NCBI GenBank assembly: GCA_051955835.1
Contig: JBQCGH010000127.1
Location: 4,590-68,589 of the forward strand
DNA from: Gemmatimonadales bacterium
GTDB lineage: Bacteria > Gemmatimonadota > Gemmatimonadetes > Gemmatimonadales > GWC2-71-9
Length of the DNA: 64,000 nucleotides
Reading direction: 5' to 3'
How positions within the stretch are numbered: the stretch's first letter is position 1; every line of letters begins with the position of its first letter. A model generated the notes under the pieces. That model saw only the letters and a program-made list of their open reading frames with translations, did no database searches and was not told where the DNA came from. Positions 46,948-55,412 of this stretch are shown here, one piece after another. A program made the position numbers and the translations under genes.

Positions 46948-48204
46948 TTACGCCGCCGCTTCCGCGCTTCCCACATCGTCCGCCGGGCAGCGGCCGCGCC
47001 AGGTGTAGCGGTCGAAGAACGCGCGCGCCTGTTCGAGGTCCGCCGGGTGAAAGTACCCCGGGCCCAGCGCGTCGCAGCCCTCGAGCGCGATTCGCGCCAG
47101 ATCGCCCGCGGTCCGCGCCAACGCCGGGTCGCGCAGGCCCGCGCGTCCGGCCCGCTCGAGCAGCTCCACGTCGGGCGCGCCAAGCAGATCGGTGGCCGCC
47201 CGAAGCGCGCGCGGATCGTACGCAATGCCCACTGCGAGCGCGAGCGGCGCCGCGTACCACTGGGGCGCCACGGCATCGGCCGAGCGCAGCTCGAAGTGCC
47301 CCCGCGGCCGGACCTCCGGGAACAGCGTCGTCAAGTGATCGTGCCAGTCCTCGGCGCTCGCCTCGCCCCGCTCGACCCAGGTCTCGAATGCGAGGTACTC
47401 GCCATCGACCGTAGGACGCAGGAGCGCGGGCGCCGCCAGCGCGAAGTCGAGATAGGCCTCGACCGGCGCGCTCGCGCTCCACGGCAGCCCCGTGCGCGCG
47501 GGATCGAGTGTCCGCCACACGTGGGCTCGCGCGCTCGCGCACTCCGTCCGCTTCCCGGCATAGACCGCGGAATTGGCGAAAATCGCCACGGTGTATGGCG
47601 CCGCCGAGTTGAGGACGCGCCAGCGCTGCCAGGGCTCGTCGTCCAGATCGAGCGCGACCTGGAAGGCGGCGGTCTGCCGCATCATCATCGCGCCGGTCGG
47701 ACCGCGCGTGGCGAGATAGTCGGCCATGCGCTGGTACCGCTTGGTGCGAAGCAGGAGCGGCGCGCCGTCGATCACGTTGTACGGATCGATGCCCACGGCG
47801 AGCAGCGTGATGCCGTCGGCCGCCGCCGCCGCGCGGAGCGGCAGCACGATCGAGCGGAGCAATCCGAGCAGGGCACTGGGGCTCGGACACGGGGGTGCGC
47901 TGTATTCGAGCTGGCCGCCAGGCTCGAACGTCAGCGTCCCGCCATCCGGCAGCCCAAAGCACGGCGTTCCTTTGGCGGTACGCGTTTCCGTCCAGCCCTG
48001 CCGGCGGCCGAACCGGCGCAGGAACGGCAGCGTCGCCGGCAACCCGTCGTCTTCGATGGGACATCGGCGTCCCGTCGCCGTCTCGACCGGGAGGAACTCG
48101 GCCTCGGCCCCGATCCGGCGAGGCGTCAGTGACGCGCGGGCGGGAGCGCCGAACGCTCCGGTCGCGAGATCAGCGGCGAGTGCGGCGCGCGTGAGCGACG
48201 TCAT
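46948..48204 (-). CDS. egtA: Glutamate-cysteine ligase family 2 (EgtA-type)
   Basis: RIGAEAEFLP...GTLTFEPGGQLEYS... GCS2 pattern. ATG 48204 overlaps the egtD stop (ATGA). Confidence 0.7.
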   Translation of the reverse strand: MTSLTRAALAADLATGAFGAPARASLTPRRIGAEAEFLPVETATGRRCPIEDDGLPATLPFLRRFGRRQGWTETRTAKGTPCFGLPDGGTLTFEPGGQLEYSAPPCPSPSALLGLLRSIVLPLRAAAAADGITLLAVGIDPYNVIDGAPLLLRTKRYQRMADYLATRGPTGAMMMRQTAAFQVALDLDDEPWQRWRVLNSAAPYTVAIFANSAVYAGKRTECASARAHVWRTLDPARTGLPWSASAPVEAYLDFALAAPALLRPTVDGEYLAFETWVERGEASAEDWHDHLTTLFPEVRPRGHFELRSADAVAPQWYAAPLALAVGIAYDPRALRAATDLLGAPDVELLERAGRAGLRDPALARTAGDLARIALEGCDALGPGYFHPADLEQARAFFDRYTWRGRCPADDVGSAEAAA

Positions 48205-49172
48205 GCCGGCGCGCCCAGCACCAGCCCGAACGGCGTGGTCGGATCGCGCGGCCACGCCTCGATGGTGAGCCCGGCCGCCGCGAACAGCTCGGCCACGCTC
48301 TCCCGGTCGTACTTGGTGCTGATCTCGGTGCGGATCGACTCGCCCTGGGCGAGCGCGAGCGGCTCGAGCCCCGGAATGTTTACGGTCTGATGGCGGCTCG
48401 AGACCAGGTGCATCTCGATCCGGTGCGCCACCCGGTCGTAGAACGCGCGGTGCTCGAAGGCGCTGGGATCGAAGTCGGCGCCCAGCTCGTGATTCAGCAC
48501 CAGCAGCATGTTGCGGTTGAACTCCGCGGTGATACCCCGGCTGTCGTTGTAGGCCGCCTCCACCCGCGCGATGTCCGTGCGCAGGTCCACGCCGAGCAGG
48601 AAGCGATCCCCCGGACCCATAGCCGCGCGCACGCGCTGGAGAAGCCGGATGGCCGCCGGCGGATAGAAGTTGCCGATGGTGCTGCCGAGGAAGGCGAACA
48701 GCCCCGGCCGCGGGAGCCGCCGCGGCAGGTTGAGCTCGACGGCGATGTCGGCCACCGCGGGCTCGACCGCGAGGCCGGGATACTCGCGGCGGAGCTGCGC
48801 CGCCGTCTGGCTCAGGAAGGTGGCGCTCACGTCGATCGGCACGTACCGTTCGGCCAGGCCGGTGGCGCGCATCGCGTCGAGAATGATGCGGCTCTTCTCG
48901 GCATTGCCGGCGCCCAGCTCGATCAGCGTGCGAGTGCCGAGCTGGCGCATGAGCTCCGGCATCCAGCCGGTGAGCAGCGCGCGCTCGGTCCGCGTCGGGT
49001 AGTACTCGGGAAGGCGGGTGATCTCTTCGAACAGCTCGGAGCCGCGCTGGTCGTAGAAATATTTGGGCGACAGCTCTTTCTGCGGCGCGGTCAGGCCGGC
49101 GGCCACCTCGGCGAGCATGCCGGGGTTGGGGACGTGCTCGGGCCGGCTCGCGCGGGTACGGGCATTAGGCAT
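48201..49172 (-). CDS. egtD: L-histidine N-alpha-methyltransferase
   Basis: PKYFYDQRGSELFEEITRLPEYYPTRTE, ELGAGNAEKSR, FLGSTIGNF, LLGVDL, AYNDSRGITAEFNRN. Very close to the mycobacterial EgtD pattern. Confidence 0.9.
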   Translation of the reverse strand: MPNARTRASRPEHVPNPGMLAEVAAGLTAPQKELSPKYFYDQRGSELFEEITRLPEYYPTRTERALLTGWMPELMRQLGTRTLIELGAGNAEKSRIILDAMRATGLAERYVPIDVSATFLSQTAAQLRREYPGLAVEPAVADIAVELNLPRRLPRPGLFAFLGSTIGNFYPPAAIRLLQRVRAAMGPGDRFLLGVDLRTDIARVEAAYNDSRGITAEFNRNMLLVLNHELGADFDPSAFEHRAFYDRVAHRIEMHLVSSRHQTVNIPGLEPLALAQGESIRTEISTKYDRESVAELFAAAGLTIEAWPRDPTTPFGLVLGAPA

Positions 49173-50490
49173 CGCGGGCGCACCTGAAGCCGCTGAAGAT
49201 CTGGCGGCGGATGGGGTAGTCCCAGTTGCGGAACGTGTTGCGAATCGCCCCTGGGCGGGTGGCCCACGAGCCGCCGCGCAGGACCTTGTACTCGGTGCCG
49301 AAGAAGACCTCGGAGTATTCCTTGTAGGGGAAGCTCTCGAACCCGGGCCACGGCGCGAAGTCGCTCGACGTCCACTCCCACACGTCGCCGATCATCCCAT
49401 GGCAGCCGATCGGTGAGACGTTCTGCTCGTAACTCCCGATCGGCGCGGTGCCGAACGCGAGCTGGTCCACGTTGGCCAGCGTGCGGTCGGCCGGGGCCTC
49501 GCCCCACGGGAACCTCCGCTTCGTCCCGCTGGCCGGGTCCCATGACGCCGCCGCTTCCCATTCAACCTCGGTGGGCAGCCGCTTGCCGGCGAACCGGGCG
49601 TAGGCCTCCGCTTCGTGATAGCACACGTGACAGACCGGGTGCCACGGATCCACCGGTTCGAGCCGGTCCATAGTCCGCGTAGTCCAGCCGTCGGCGTAGC
49701 GCCAGTATTTGGGCCCCCGGGCGGCACTCTCCGTCCGCCACTGCCAGCCGGCCTCGGACCACAGCTCGGGGGTCTCGTATCCACCCGCGCCAATGAACAC
49801 CAGGAAGTCCCCGTTGGTGACGGGCTGCGCGTCGATCCAAAACGGCGCCAGGTCCACCATGTGGGTCGGGCGCTCGTTGTCATAGGCCGCCGAGCGGTCG
49901 TCCGTGCCGATCTCGACCCTCCCGCCGGGAAACAGCACCATCTCGCCGGGGCGGGCCGCCCGCCGCGGCGAGCTCCCGTTGCCCGCTGGCACTCGCACGA
50001 GCGGCGTGTATGGCGCGCCGCGCTTGAGCTGCAGCGTCTGGAGCATCGTTTCGTTGTGCTGGTATTCGTGCTGGAGGACCATGCGGTAGACGAACCCGTC
50101 GCGCAGCAGCTGGTGCGCCGGATCGAAGTCAGCCGAGACCAGCCGGGCCAGCACGCGGCCGCGGATCTCGTCCATGATCGCGCGACACTCCGCGAGCCCC
50201 GGCAGCGGCAGCGCGGCACGCGTGCTGCGCGGGTGTTCGAACGGGTTGTACATCCCGGGCATCTCGACGAAATCGATCGGCCCGTCGAGGTTCTGCGTGA
50301 GCCAGAGCTCCTCGAAGTGCGCGATATGTCCCAGGTCCCACAGAATCGGACTCATCAGCGCATCGTGCTGGGCGTGCAGGTCCTCGTCGCTGAGCGGCGC
50401 CACGAGCAGCAGCGTGCGCGCGCGGGCCTCGAGCAAGTCGTCGGCGATCATCTCCGGGGCGAAACGGCTCGGTGCGGCCGCCACCGTCAT
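49165..50490 (-). CDS. egtB: Ergothioneine biosynthesis sulfoxide synthase (DinB_2 plus FGE-sulfatase domains)
   Basis: SPILWDLGHIAHFEELW (DinB-like His motif), HEYQHNETM, VTNGDFLVF, CHVCYHEAEAYARFAGKRLPTEVEWE, RGGSWAT. Confidence 0.9.
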   Translation of the reverse strand: MTVAAAPSRFAPEMIADDLLEARARTLLLVAPLSDEDLHAQHDALMSPILWDLGHIAHFEELWLTQNLDGPIDFVEMPGMYNPFEHPRSTRAALPLPGLAECRAIMDEIRGRVLARLVSADFDPAHQLLRDGFVYRMVLQHEYQHNETMLQTLQLKRGAPYTPLVRVPAGNGSSPRRAARPGEMVLFPGGRVEIGTDDRSAAYDNERPTHMVDLAPFWIDAQPVTNGDFLVFIGAGGYETPELWSEAGWQWRTESAARGPKYWRYADGWTTRTMDRLEPVDPWHPVCHVCYHEAEAYARFAGKRLPTEVEWEAAASWDPASGTKRRFPWGEAPADRTLANVDQLAFGTAPIGSYEQNVSPIGCHGMIGDVWEWTSSDFAPWPGFESFPYKEYSEVFFGTEYKVLRGGSWATRPGAIRNTFRNWDYPIRRQIFSGFRCARDA

Positions 50491-50508
50491 GCGGACCTCC
50501 TGCGCCAG

Positions 50509-51885
50509 TCAGGCGTCGAGCGTCGTGAACAACGTGTTGAGCGATTCGGCCAGCGTCGGGTGGGCGAACACTGCATCGCGGAGCCGCCTGTAGGTCACCT
50601 GCCCCATCATCGCGAGCTGCAGCGCGGACATGAGCTCACCGCCTTCGATGCCCAGCACGGCCGCGCCGAGAATCTGCCCCGTCTCCGGGTCGACCAACGC
50701 CTTCATAAATCCACGGGATTCGTCCAGCTCGAGCGCGCGCGCCACGTGCGTCATCGGGATCCGCGCCACTCTCACGGGCCTCCCCTGCCGGCGCGCTTCC
50801 CGCTCGCTCAGTCCAATCCGGCCGAGCTGGGGGTCGATGAATACGGTGTAAGGAACCAGGCGGTCTGTGATACATGCCCGGCCGTTCTGTAACAGGTTGG
50901 TACGGATTACCCTGAAATCGTCGTACGAGATGTGGGTGAAGGCCGGCCCGCCCTTCACGTCGCCCAGGGCATAGACGCCCGGGGCGGACGTCTCGAGCCG
51001 CTCGTTGACCCTGATGAACCCCTTGTCGTCCGTAGCGATACCGGCTGCGGGCAGGTCCAACCGGTCGGTATTGGGAACCCGACCGGCCGCGCGAAGAAGG
51101 TGAGATCCCTCCACCGCGTGTTGGCCGTCGCGGGTTCGGACCGTGAGACACACGCCGGCGCCGCTCGGAGCGGCCCGCACGGCCACGGTGTCGAGGAGGA
51201 CGTCTACCCCGTCCTCGCGCAGAATCTGGAGTACGGCCCCAGCGACGTCCTCGTCCTCCTGGGGCAGGAGCTGCGAGCCTCGCTGCACCACCGTCACCCG
51301 GCTGCCGAACCGGCGGAACATCTGGCCGAACTCGAGGCCGATGTACCCGCCGCCGAGGACGATCAGGTGCTCCGGAACCTGGTCGAGTTCCATGATCGAG
51401 GTCGAATCGAGCGACGGCACTCGGTCGAGACCGTCGACGTCCGGGGCGGCCGGACGCCCGCCGGTATTGATGAACACGAGGTCGGCCTCGAGCATCCGGC
51501 CATCCACGGCCACCCGCCGCTCCCCCGTGAACCGGGCGTCGGCGCAAAGGAGGTCGAGCCCGGGTGCGGCCTCGAGCCGGCGCAGGCTGCCGGCCCGGAA
51601 GCTGTTCACAATTGCCCGCTTGCGCTCTCTGACCCGTGCGAGATCGACCTCCACCTGCCCGGTCCGCACACCGTAATCGCCGCCCCGGCGGGCCAAGTAC
51701 GCCACGCGGGCGCTCACCACCATGGTCTTGGTGGGTGTGCAGCCCTCGTTGATGCAGGTGCCCCCGACATGCTCACGCTCGATCAGCGCCGTGCGTCGTC
51801 CGCTCCGGGCCAGGGCGCCGGCGAGGGGGCCACCGGCTTGGCCGGCCCCGATGACAATGGCATCGTACCGCTCGGGAGCATTCAT
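50509..51885 (-). CDS. Class-I pyridine-nucleotide-disulfide oxidoreductase, RclA/YkgC-like
   Basis: [16 protein letters not shown], redox centre [16 protein letters not shown] (compare RclA GGTCINIGCIPTK), second Rossmann motif [14 protein letters not shown]-terminal HPTLAESL. Start trimmed to ATG 51885. Lies 18 nt upstream of egtB. Confidence 0.8.
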   Translation of the reverse strand: MNAPERYDAIVIGAGQAGGPLAGALARSGRRTALIEREHVGGTCINEGCTPTKTMVVSARVAYLARRGGDYGVRTGQVEVDLARVRERKRAIVNSFRAGSLRRLEAAPGLDLLCADARFTGERRVAVDGRMLEADLVFINTGGRPAAPDVDGLDRVPSLDSTSIMELDQVPEHLIVLGGGYIGLEFGQMFRRFGSRVTVVQRGSQLLPQEDEDVAGAVLQILREDGVDVLLDTVAVRAAPSGAGVCLTVRTRDGQHAVEGSHLLRAAGRVPNTDRLDLPAAGIATDDKGFIRVNERLETSAPGVYALGDVKGGPAFTHISYDDFRVIRTNLLQNGRACITDRLVPYTVFIDPQLGRIGLSEREARRQGRPVRVARIPMTHVARALELDESRGFMKALVDPETGQILGAAVLGIEGGELMSALQLAMMGQVTYRRLRDAVFAHPTLAESLNTLFTTLDA

Positions 51886-52044
51886 GAACGGCCGTCTGTG
51901 CTGAGGGGGAGGCTGACTCCAGGAACCTGGGGTGTAACGACGGCCGTCGGGGAGTGGTTCCCCGGTCCCCAAATCTTCCGCCGAAAACTGGGGTCCGCCA
52001 CCCGAGTTTGACCGCAAGATCCGAGTGGCCGCTCGCGCCCTCCG

Positions 52045-53112
52045 GTGATACCATCAGCCATGATTCTCCGCGCCCCCGAATCCGATGCGGCCCGCTGGTC
52101 GGCCGTGACCGACCGTGACCCCGCGGCCGACGGCCGGTTCGTCTATGCGGTCGCCTCCACCCGGGTCTATTGCCGCCCGTCCTGCCCATCCCGGCGCCCG
52201 CTCCGGCGGAACGTGAGCTTCTTTGCCACGCCGGCGCAGGCCGAGGCCGCCGGCTACCGTGCCTGCCGCCGATGCCGGCCGCGCGAGGCGGAGACCGACG
52301 CCGTCCGTCGGGTCCGCGAGGCCAAGCGGTACCTCGAGCACCACCTGGACGAGCGGGTCACGCTCGAGCGGCTCGGCGCGGCCGTCGGACTCAGCCCATA
52401 TCACCTGCAGCGCACGTTCAAGCGGATGACCGGGCTTTCGCCGCGGGCCTGGGCCGGCGCCCGACGGATGGATCGGATGAAGACGCGGCTCAAGGAGGGC
52501 AACACGGTGTCGCGCGCGACCTACGATGCGGGTTTCTCGACGCTGAGCCGGGCGTACGACCACAGCCGGCGGCGGCTGGGCATGACGCCAGGCTCCTACC
52601 AGCGCGGGGGCCGCGGAGTCACCATCCGCTTCACGACCGTGAGCAGCCCCCTCGGGCTGGTGCTCGTGGCCGGCACCGAGCGCGGCGTTTCTGCCGTGAG
52701 GTTGGGTGATGACGCGGCGGCGCTCGAGGCGGCGCTGCACGAGGAGTTTCCGGCCGCCACGCTCGAGCGCAGCGACGGCGAGCTGCGGGACTGGGCCGGC
52801 GCGGTGGTCGCGATGACCGCCGGCGGCGACGGTAGACGCGTGCCGCTCGACGCGGACGGCACCGCCTTTCAATGGCGGGTGTGGGAGACGCTCCAGCGGA
52901 TCCCCCGCGGCGAGACTCGGACCTACGCCCAGATCGCCAACGATCTGGGGCAGCCGACCGCGGCGCGCGCGGTGGCGGGCGCCTGCGCGAACAACCCCGT
53001 GGCCGTGGTGATTCCCTGCCACCGGGTCGTCCGCGGGGACGGGCGGCTCGGCGGGTATCGCTGGGGCATGGAGCGGAAGCGGGAGCTGCTGGAGGCGGAA
53101 AAGCGGGCCTGA
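52045..53112 (+). CDS. ada: Bifunctional Ada: methylphosphotriester-DNA methyltransferase/AraC-type regulator plus O6-methylguanine-DNA methyltransferase
   Basis: Collinear with E. coli Ada: [45 protein letters not shown]-terminus [19 protein letters not shown]. An ATG at 52060 is an alternative start. Confidence 0.9.
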   Translation: MIPSAMILRAPESDAARWSAVTDRDPAADGRFVYAVASTRVYCRPSCPSRRPLRRNVSFFATPAQAEAAGYRACRRCRPREAETDAVRRVREAKRYLEHHLDERVTLERLGAAVGLSPYHLQRTFKRMTGLSPRAWAGARRMDRMKTRLKEGNTVSRATYDAGFSTLSRAYDHSRRRLGMTPGSYQRGGRGVTIRFTTVSSPLGLVLVAGTERGVSAVRLGDDAAALEAALHEEFPAATLERSDGELRDWAGAVVAMTAGGDGRRVPLDADGTAFQWRVWETLQRIPRGETRTYAQIANDLGQPTAARAVAGACANNPVAVVIPCHRVVRGDGRLGGYRWGMERKRELLEAEKRA

Positions 53113-53113
53113 G

Positions 53114-54703
53114 TCAGGCCGCGCCCGCCTCTCGCGCCTCACGCCGCTCGCGCTCCGCGTCGCGCAGCAGCGGCAGCTCGAGCCCATCGCACAGTGCCAT
53201 CCAGCTCGCCTCGAGGATGTTCTCGCTGCAGCCCACCGTGCTCCAGCGCTCGGCCTCACGTGCGGACTCGATGATGACCCGCGGCCGCGCCGCCGTGCCG
53301 AGGTGCTCGTCCACGATCCGCACCTTGTAATCCACCAGGTGCACCTCGGCGAGCCCCGGGTAGTGCGGCAGCAGCGCCTTCCGCACCGCCTGGTCCAGCG
53401 CGTTCACGGGCCCCTCCCCCTCGGCGGCGGTGTGCACCATCTCCTCGCCCACGCGAATCCGCACCGTGGCCTGAGCGCGGCTCGGGCCCGCCCCGCGCTT
53501 CTCCACCAGGACGGTGAAGTCCTCCATCACGAACGGCGCCCGATAGTCCGGCGCCGCTCGGCGGAGCAGCATCTCGAACGAGCCCTCCGCCGCCTCGAAC
53601 TGGAACCCCCGATGCTCCAGCTCTTTGATCCGCCGCAGCACATTGGCCTCGGCCCCGACAGCATCGAGGCCGAGCGCCTCCGCCCGGAGCCGCACATTCC
53701 GCCGACCCGCGACCTCGCTCACCACCACGCGCATCTCGTTTCCCACGGCCGCAGGGTCCACGTGCTGATAGCTCTCCGGCAGCTTGGCGATGGCGGCGAC
53801 GTGGATGCCCCCCTTGTGCGCGAATGCGCTCCGCCCGACGTACGGCGCGTGGGGGTCGGGATGTTGATTGGCCACGGCAGCCACCAGGTGGCTCACTTCG
53901 GCGAGCCGGGCGAGCCCACCGGGTAAGAGCGCACGGACGCCCAGCTTGAGCTCGAGGGTCGCGACCAGGGGAACGAGGTCCAGGTTGCCGCACCGCTCGC
54001 CATAGCCGTTGATGGTGCCCTGCACCTGGGTGCAGCCGGCGCGCACCGCGGCCAGTCCGTTGGCGACCGCGAGCCCGGCGTCATTGTGCGGGTGAATACC
54101 GATCGGGACGGCGAACCGGTCGCGCACCTCGGCGATCCGGTCCGCGACCACGTCGGGCAGCTCACCGCCGTTCGTATCACACAGCACCAGCCAGGCCGCG
54201 CCGGCACCGGCGGCAGCCGCCAGCGTCTCGAGGGCGTAGGCCGGGTCGAGCCGGCAGCCGTCGAAGAAGTGCTCGGCGTCGTAGACCACCTCGCGTCCGA
54301 GGCGAGCGAAGAAAGCGACGCTCTCCGCGATCATCCGAAGGTTCTCCTCGCGGGACGTTTCGAGGACCCGGTCCACGTGCAGGGTCGAGGCCTTGCCCAC
54401 CAGCGTCACGACCGGCGTCTCGGCGCTCAGCAGGGCCAGCAGGCTCGGGTCGCTCTCGCAGGTGATCCCCGGCCGGCGGGTGCTGCCGAACGCCGCCACA
54501 CGGGCGTGCGCCAGCGGCGCGTCCCGGATCCGCTCGAAGAATTCGGCATCCTTGGGGTTCGATCCCGGCCAGCCGCCCTCGATGTAGCTCACGCCCAGGC
54601 GGTCGAGCGCCCGGGCGATCTTCAGCTTGTCGTCCACCGACAGCGAGCAGCCCTCGCGCTGGGTGCCGTCGCGCAGCGTCGTGTCATAGAGCCGTACCGT
54701 CAT
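53114..54703 (-). CDS. cimA: (R)-citramalate synthase (LeuA-related)
   Basis: MTVRLYDTTLRDGTQREGCSLSVDDKLKIARALDRLGVSYIEGGWPGSNPKDAEFF. 529 aa. HPHNDAGLAVANGLAAV. C-terminal LeuA-allosteric-type domain. Confidence 0.85.
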   Translation of the reverse strand: MTVRLYDTTLRDGTQREGCSLSVDDKLKIARALDRLGVSYIEGGWPGSNPKDAEFFERIRDAPLAHARVAAFGSTRRPGITCESDPSLLALLSAETPVVTLVGKASTLHVDRVLETSREENLRMIAESVAFFARLGREVVYDAEHFFDGCRLDPAYALETLAAAAGAGAAWLVLCDTNGGELPDVVADRIAEVRDRFAVPIGIHPHNDAGLAVANGLAAVRAGCTQVQGTINGYGERCGNLDLVPLVATLELKLGVRALLPGGLARLAEVSHLVAAVANQHPDPHAPYVGRSAFAHKGGIHVAAIAKLPESYQHVDPAAVGNEMRVVVSEVAGRRNVRLRAEALGLDAVGAEANVLRRIKELEHRGFQFEAAEGSFEMLLRRAAPDYRAPFVMEDFTVLVEKRGAGPSRAQATVRIRVGEEMVHTAAEGEGPVNALDQAVRKALLPHYPGLAEVHLVDYKVRIVDEHLGTAARPRVIIESAREAERWSTVGCSENILEASWMALCDGLELPLLRDAERERREAREAGAA

Positions 54704-54718
54704 GACCGCTCCGGGATG

Positions 54719-54754
54719 AAAAACGACGCGGCCTCTCGTCGGAGAGGCCGCGTC
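54719..54754 (-). terminator. Perfect intrinsic terminator located inside the cimA 5' leader (attenuator)
   Basis: Minus strand reads GACGCGGCCTCTC-CGAC-GAGAGGCCGCGTC (13-bp perfect stem), then G-TTTTT. It ends 15 nt before the cimA ATG, and GGAG lies in between. No upstream minus-strand gene exists for it to terminate. Confidence 0.8.
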
Positions 54755-54777
54755 GATCGGTGACTTGGGTCTGGTCG

Positions 54778-54855
54778 CTACCCGCGCGCCGGCGCGCCTC
54801 TCGAGGAGAGCCGGGCAATAATGCCGTGGGGCCGGACCGCGCGGATGTTCGTCAT
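54778..54855 (-). promoter_or_regulatory. Candidate 25-codon leader peptide ORF with tandem ATT-ATT Ile codons
   Basis: ATG ACG AAC ATC CGC GCG GTC CGG CCC CAC GGC ATT ATT GCC CGG CTC TCC TCG AGA GGC GCG CCG GCG CGC GGG TAG = MTNIRAVRPHGIIARLSSRGAPARG. No SD, and the ATG lies only 11 nt after the -10 box. Confidence 0.35.
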
Positions 54856-54866
54856 ACGGATGAATA

Positions 54867-54896
54867 CTTATACATTGCAGGCAGGGCGGACGTCAA
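54867..54896 (-). promoter_or_regulatory. Sigma-70-like promoter for the cimA leader
   Basis: Minus strand reads TTGACG (54896-54891), an 18-nt spacer, then TATAAG (54872-54867). It sits in a locally AT-rich patch of the divergent cimA/sufE intergenic region. Confidence 0.5.
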
Positions 54897-54995
54897 GCAT
54901 GCCGCCCACGACCAGGGGTACCTTCCGGTCCCGTGGCGTGGCACCTTTCCGGGAGCCACGCGTGTTTTATTACGTTCGTTGCCACTGAGTCGACC

Positions 54996-55412
54996 ATGTC
55001 CTCGCTCGACACCCTGATTCCGCGGTTCAAGTCCGCCGACCGGACGACTCGCCTGGAGACCCTGCTGGACTATTCGCGGAAGCTGCCGCCGCTCCCGGCC
55101 GAGTATCAGGATGCCAAGGCGCGGGGCGAGCATCGCGTCCACGAGTGTCAGACGCCGGTCGACCTCTGGGTGGAGGTGGACCAGGGCAAGGTGCACATCC
55201 ATGCCGACGTGCCGCCCGAGTCGCCCACGGTGCGGGGGTTCATCTCGCTGCTCGCGCGCGCCCTCGAGGGCGCCGATCCCGCGGACGTGGCCAGGGTGCC
55301 GGACGATCTGCTGGACCAGCTCGGCTTGAGCGAGACCCTCGGCATGACCCGCACCCAGGGACTCACCGCGATTCTCTTCCGGATCAAACGCTCCGTGGCC
55401 GCCGCCGCCTGA
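54996..55412 (+). CDS. sufE: SufE-like cysteine desulfuration (sulfur acceptor) protein
   Basis: RLETLLDYSRKLPPLP...RVHECQTPVDLWVEV (conserved Cys)...SPTVRGFISLL...GLSETLGMTRTQGL. Start trimmed to ATG 54996. Confidence 0.85.
   Translation: MSSLDTLIPRFKSADRTTRLETLLDYSRKLPPLPAEYQDAKARGEHRVHECQTPVDLWVEVDQGKVHIHADVPPESPTVRGFISLLARALEGADPADVARVPDDLLDQLGLSETLGMTRTQGLTAILFRIKRSVAAAA

Noticed and set aside
53106-53120. Perfect palindrome GGCCTGA-G-TCAGGCC containing the convergent stop codons of ada and cimA
   Set aside because: A 1-nt loop cannot form a stable hairpin. This is probably just two facing TGA stops with similar contexts, and it is not called as a terminator.
55145-55411. N-terminal extensions offered by the ORF track (rho from 55145; also 11376, 16266, 19002, 31591-32883, 38993, 42955-44364, 50509-52017)
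   Set aside because: The extensions are Arg/Gly/Pro-rich and overlap well-supported neighbouring genes out of frame. They also precede internal starts that have an RBS and/or stop-start coupling plus the expected homologous N-terminus.
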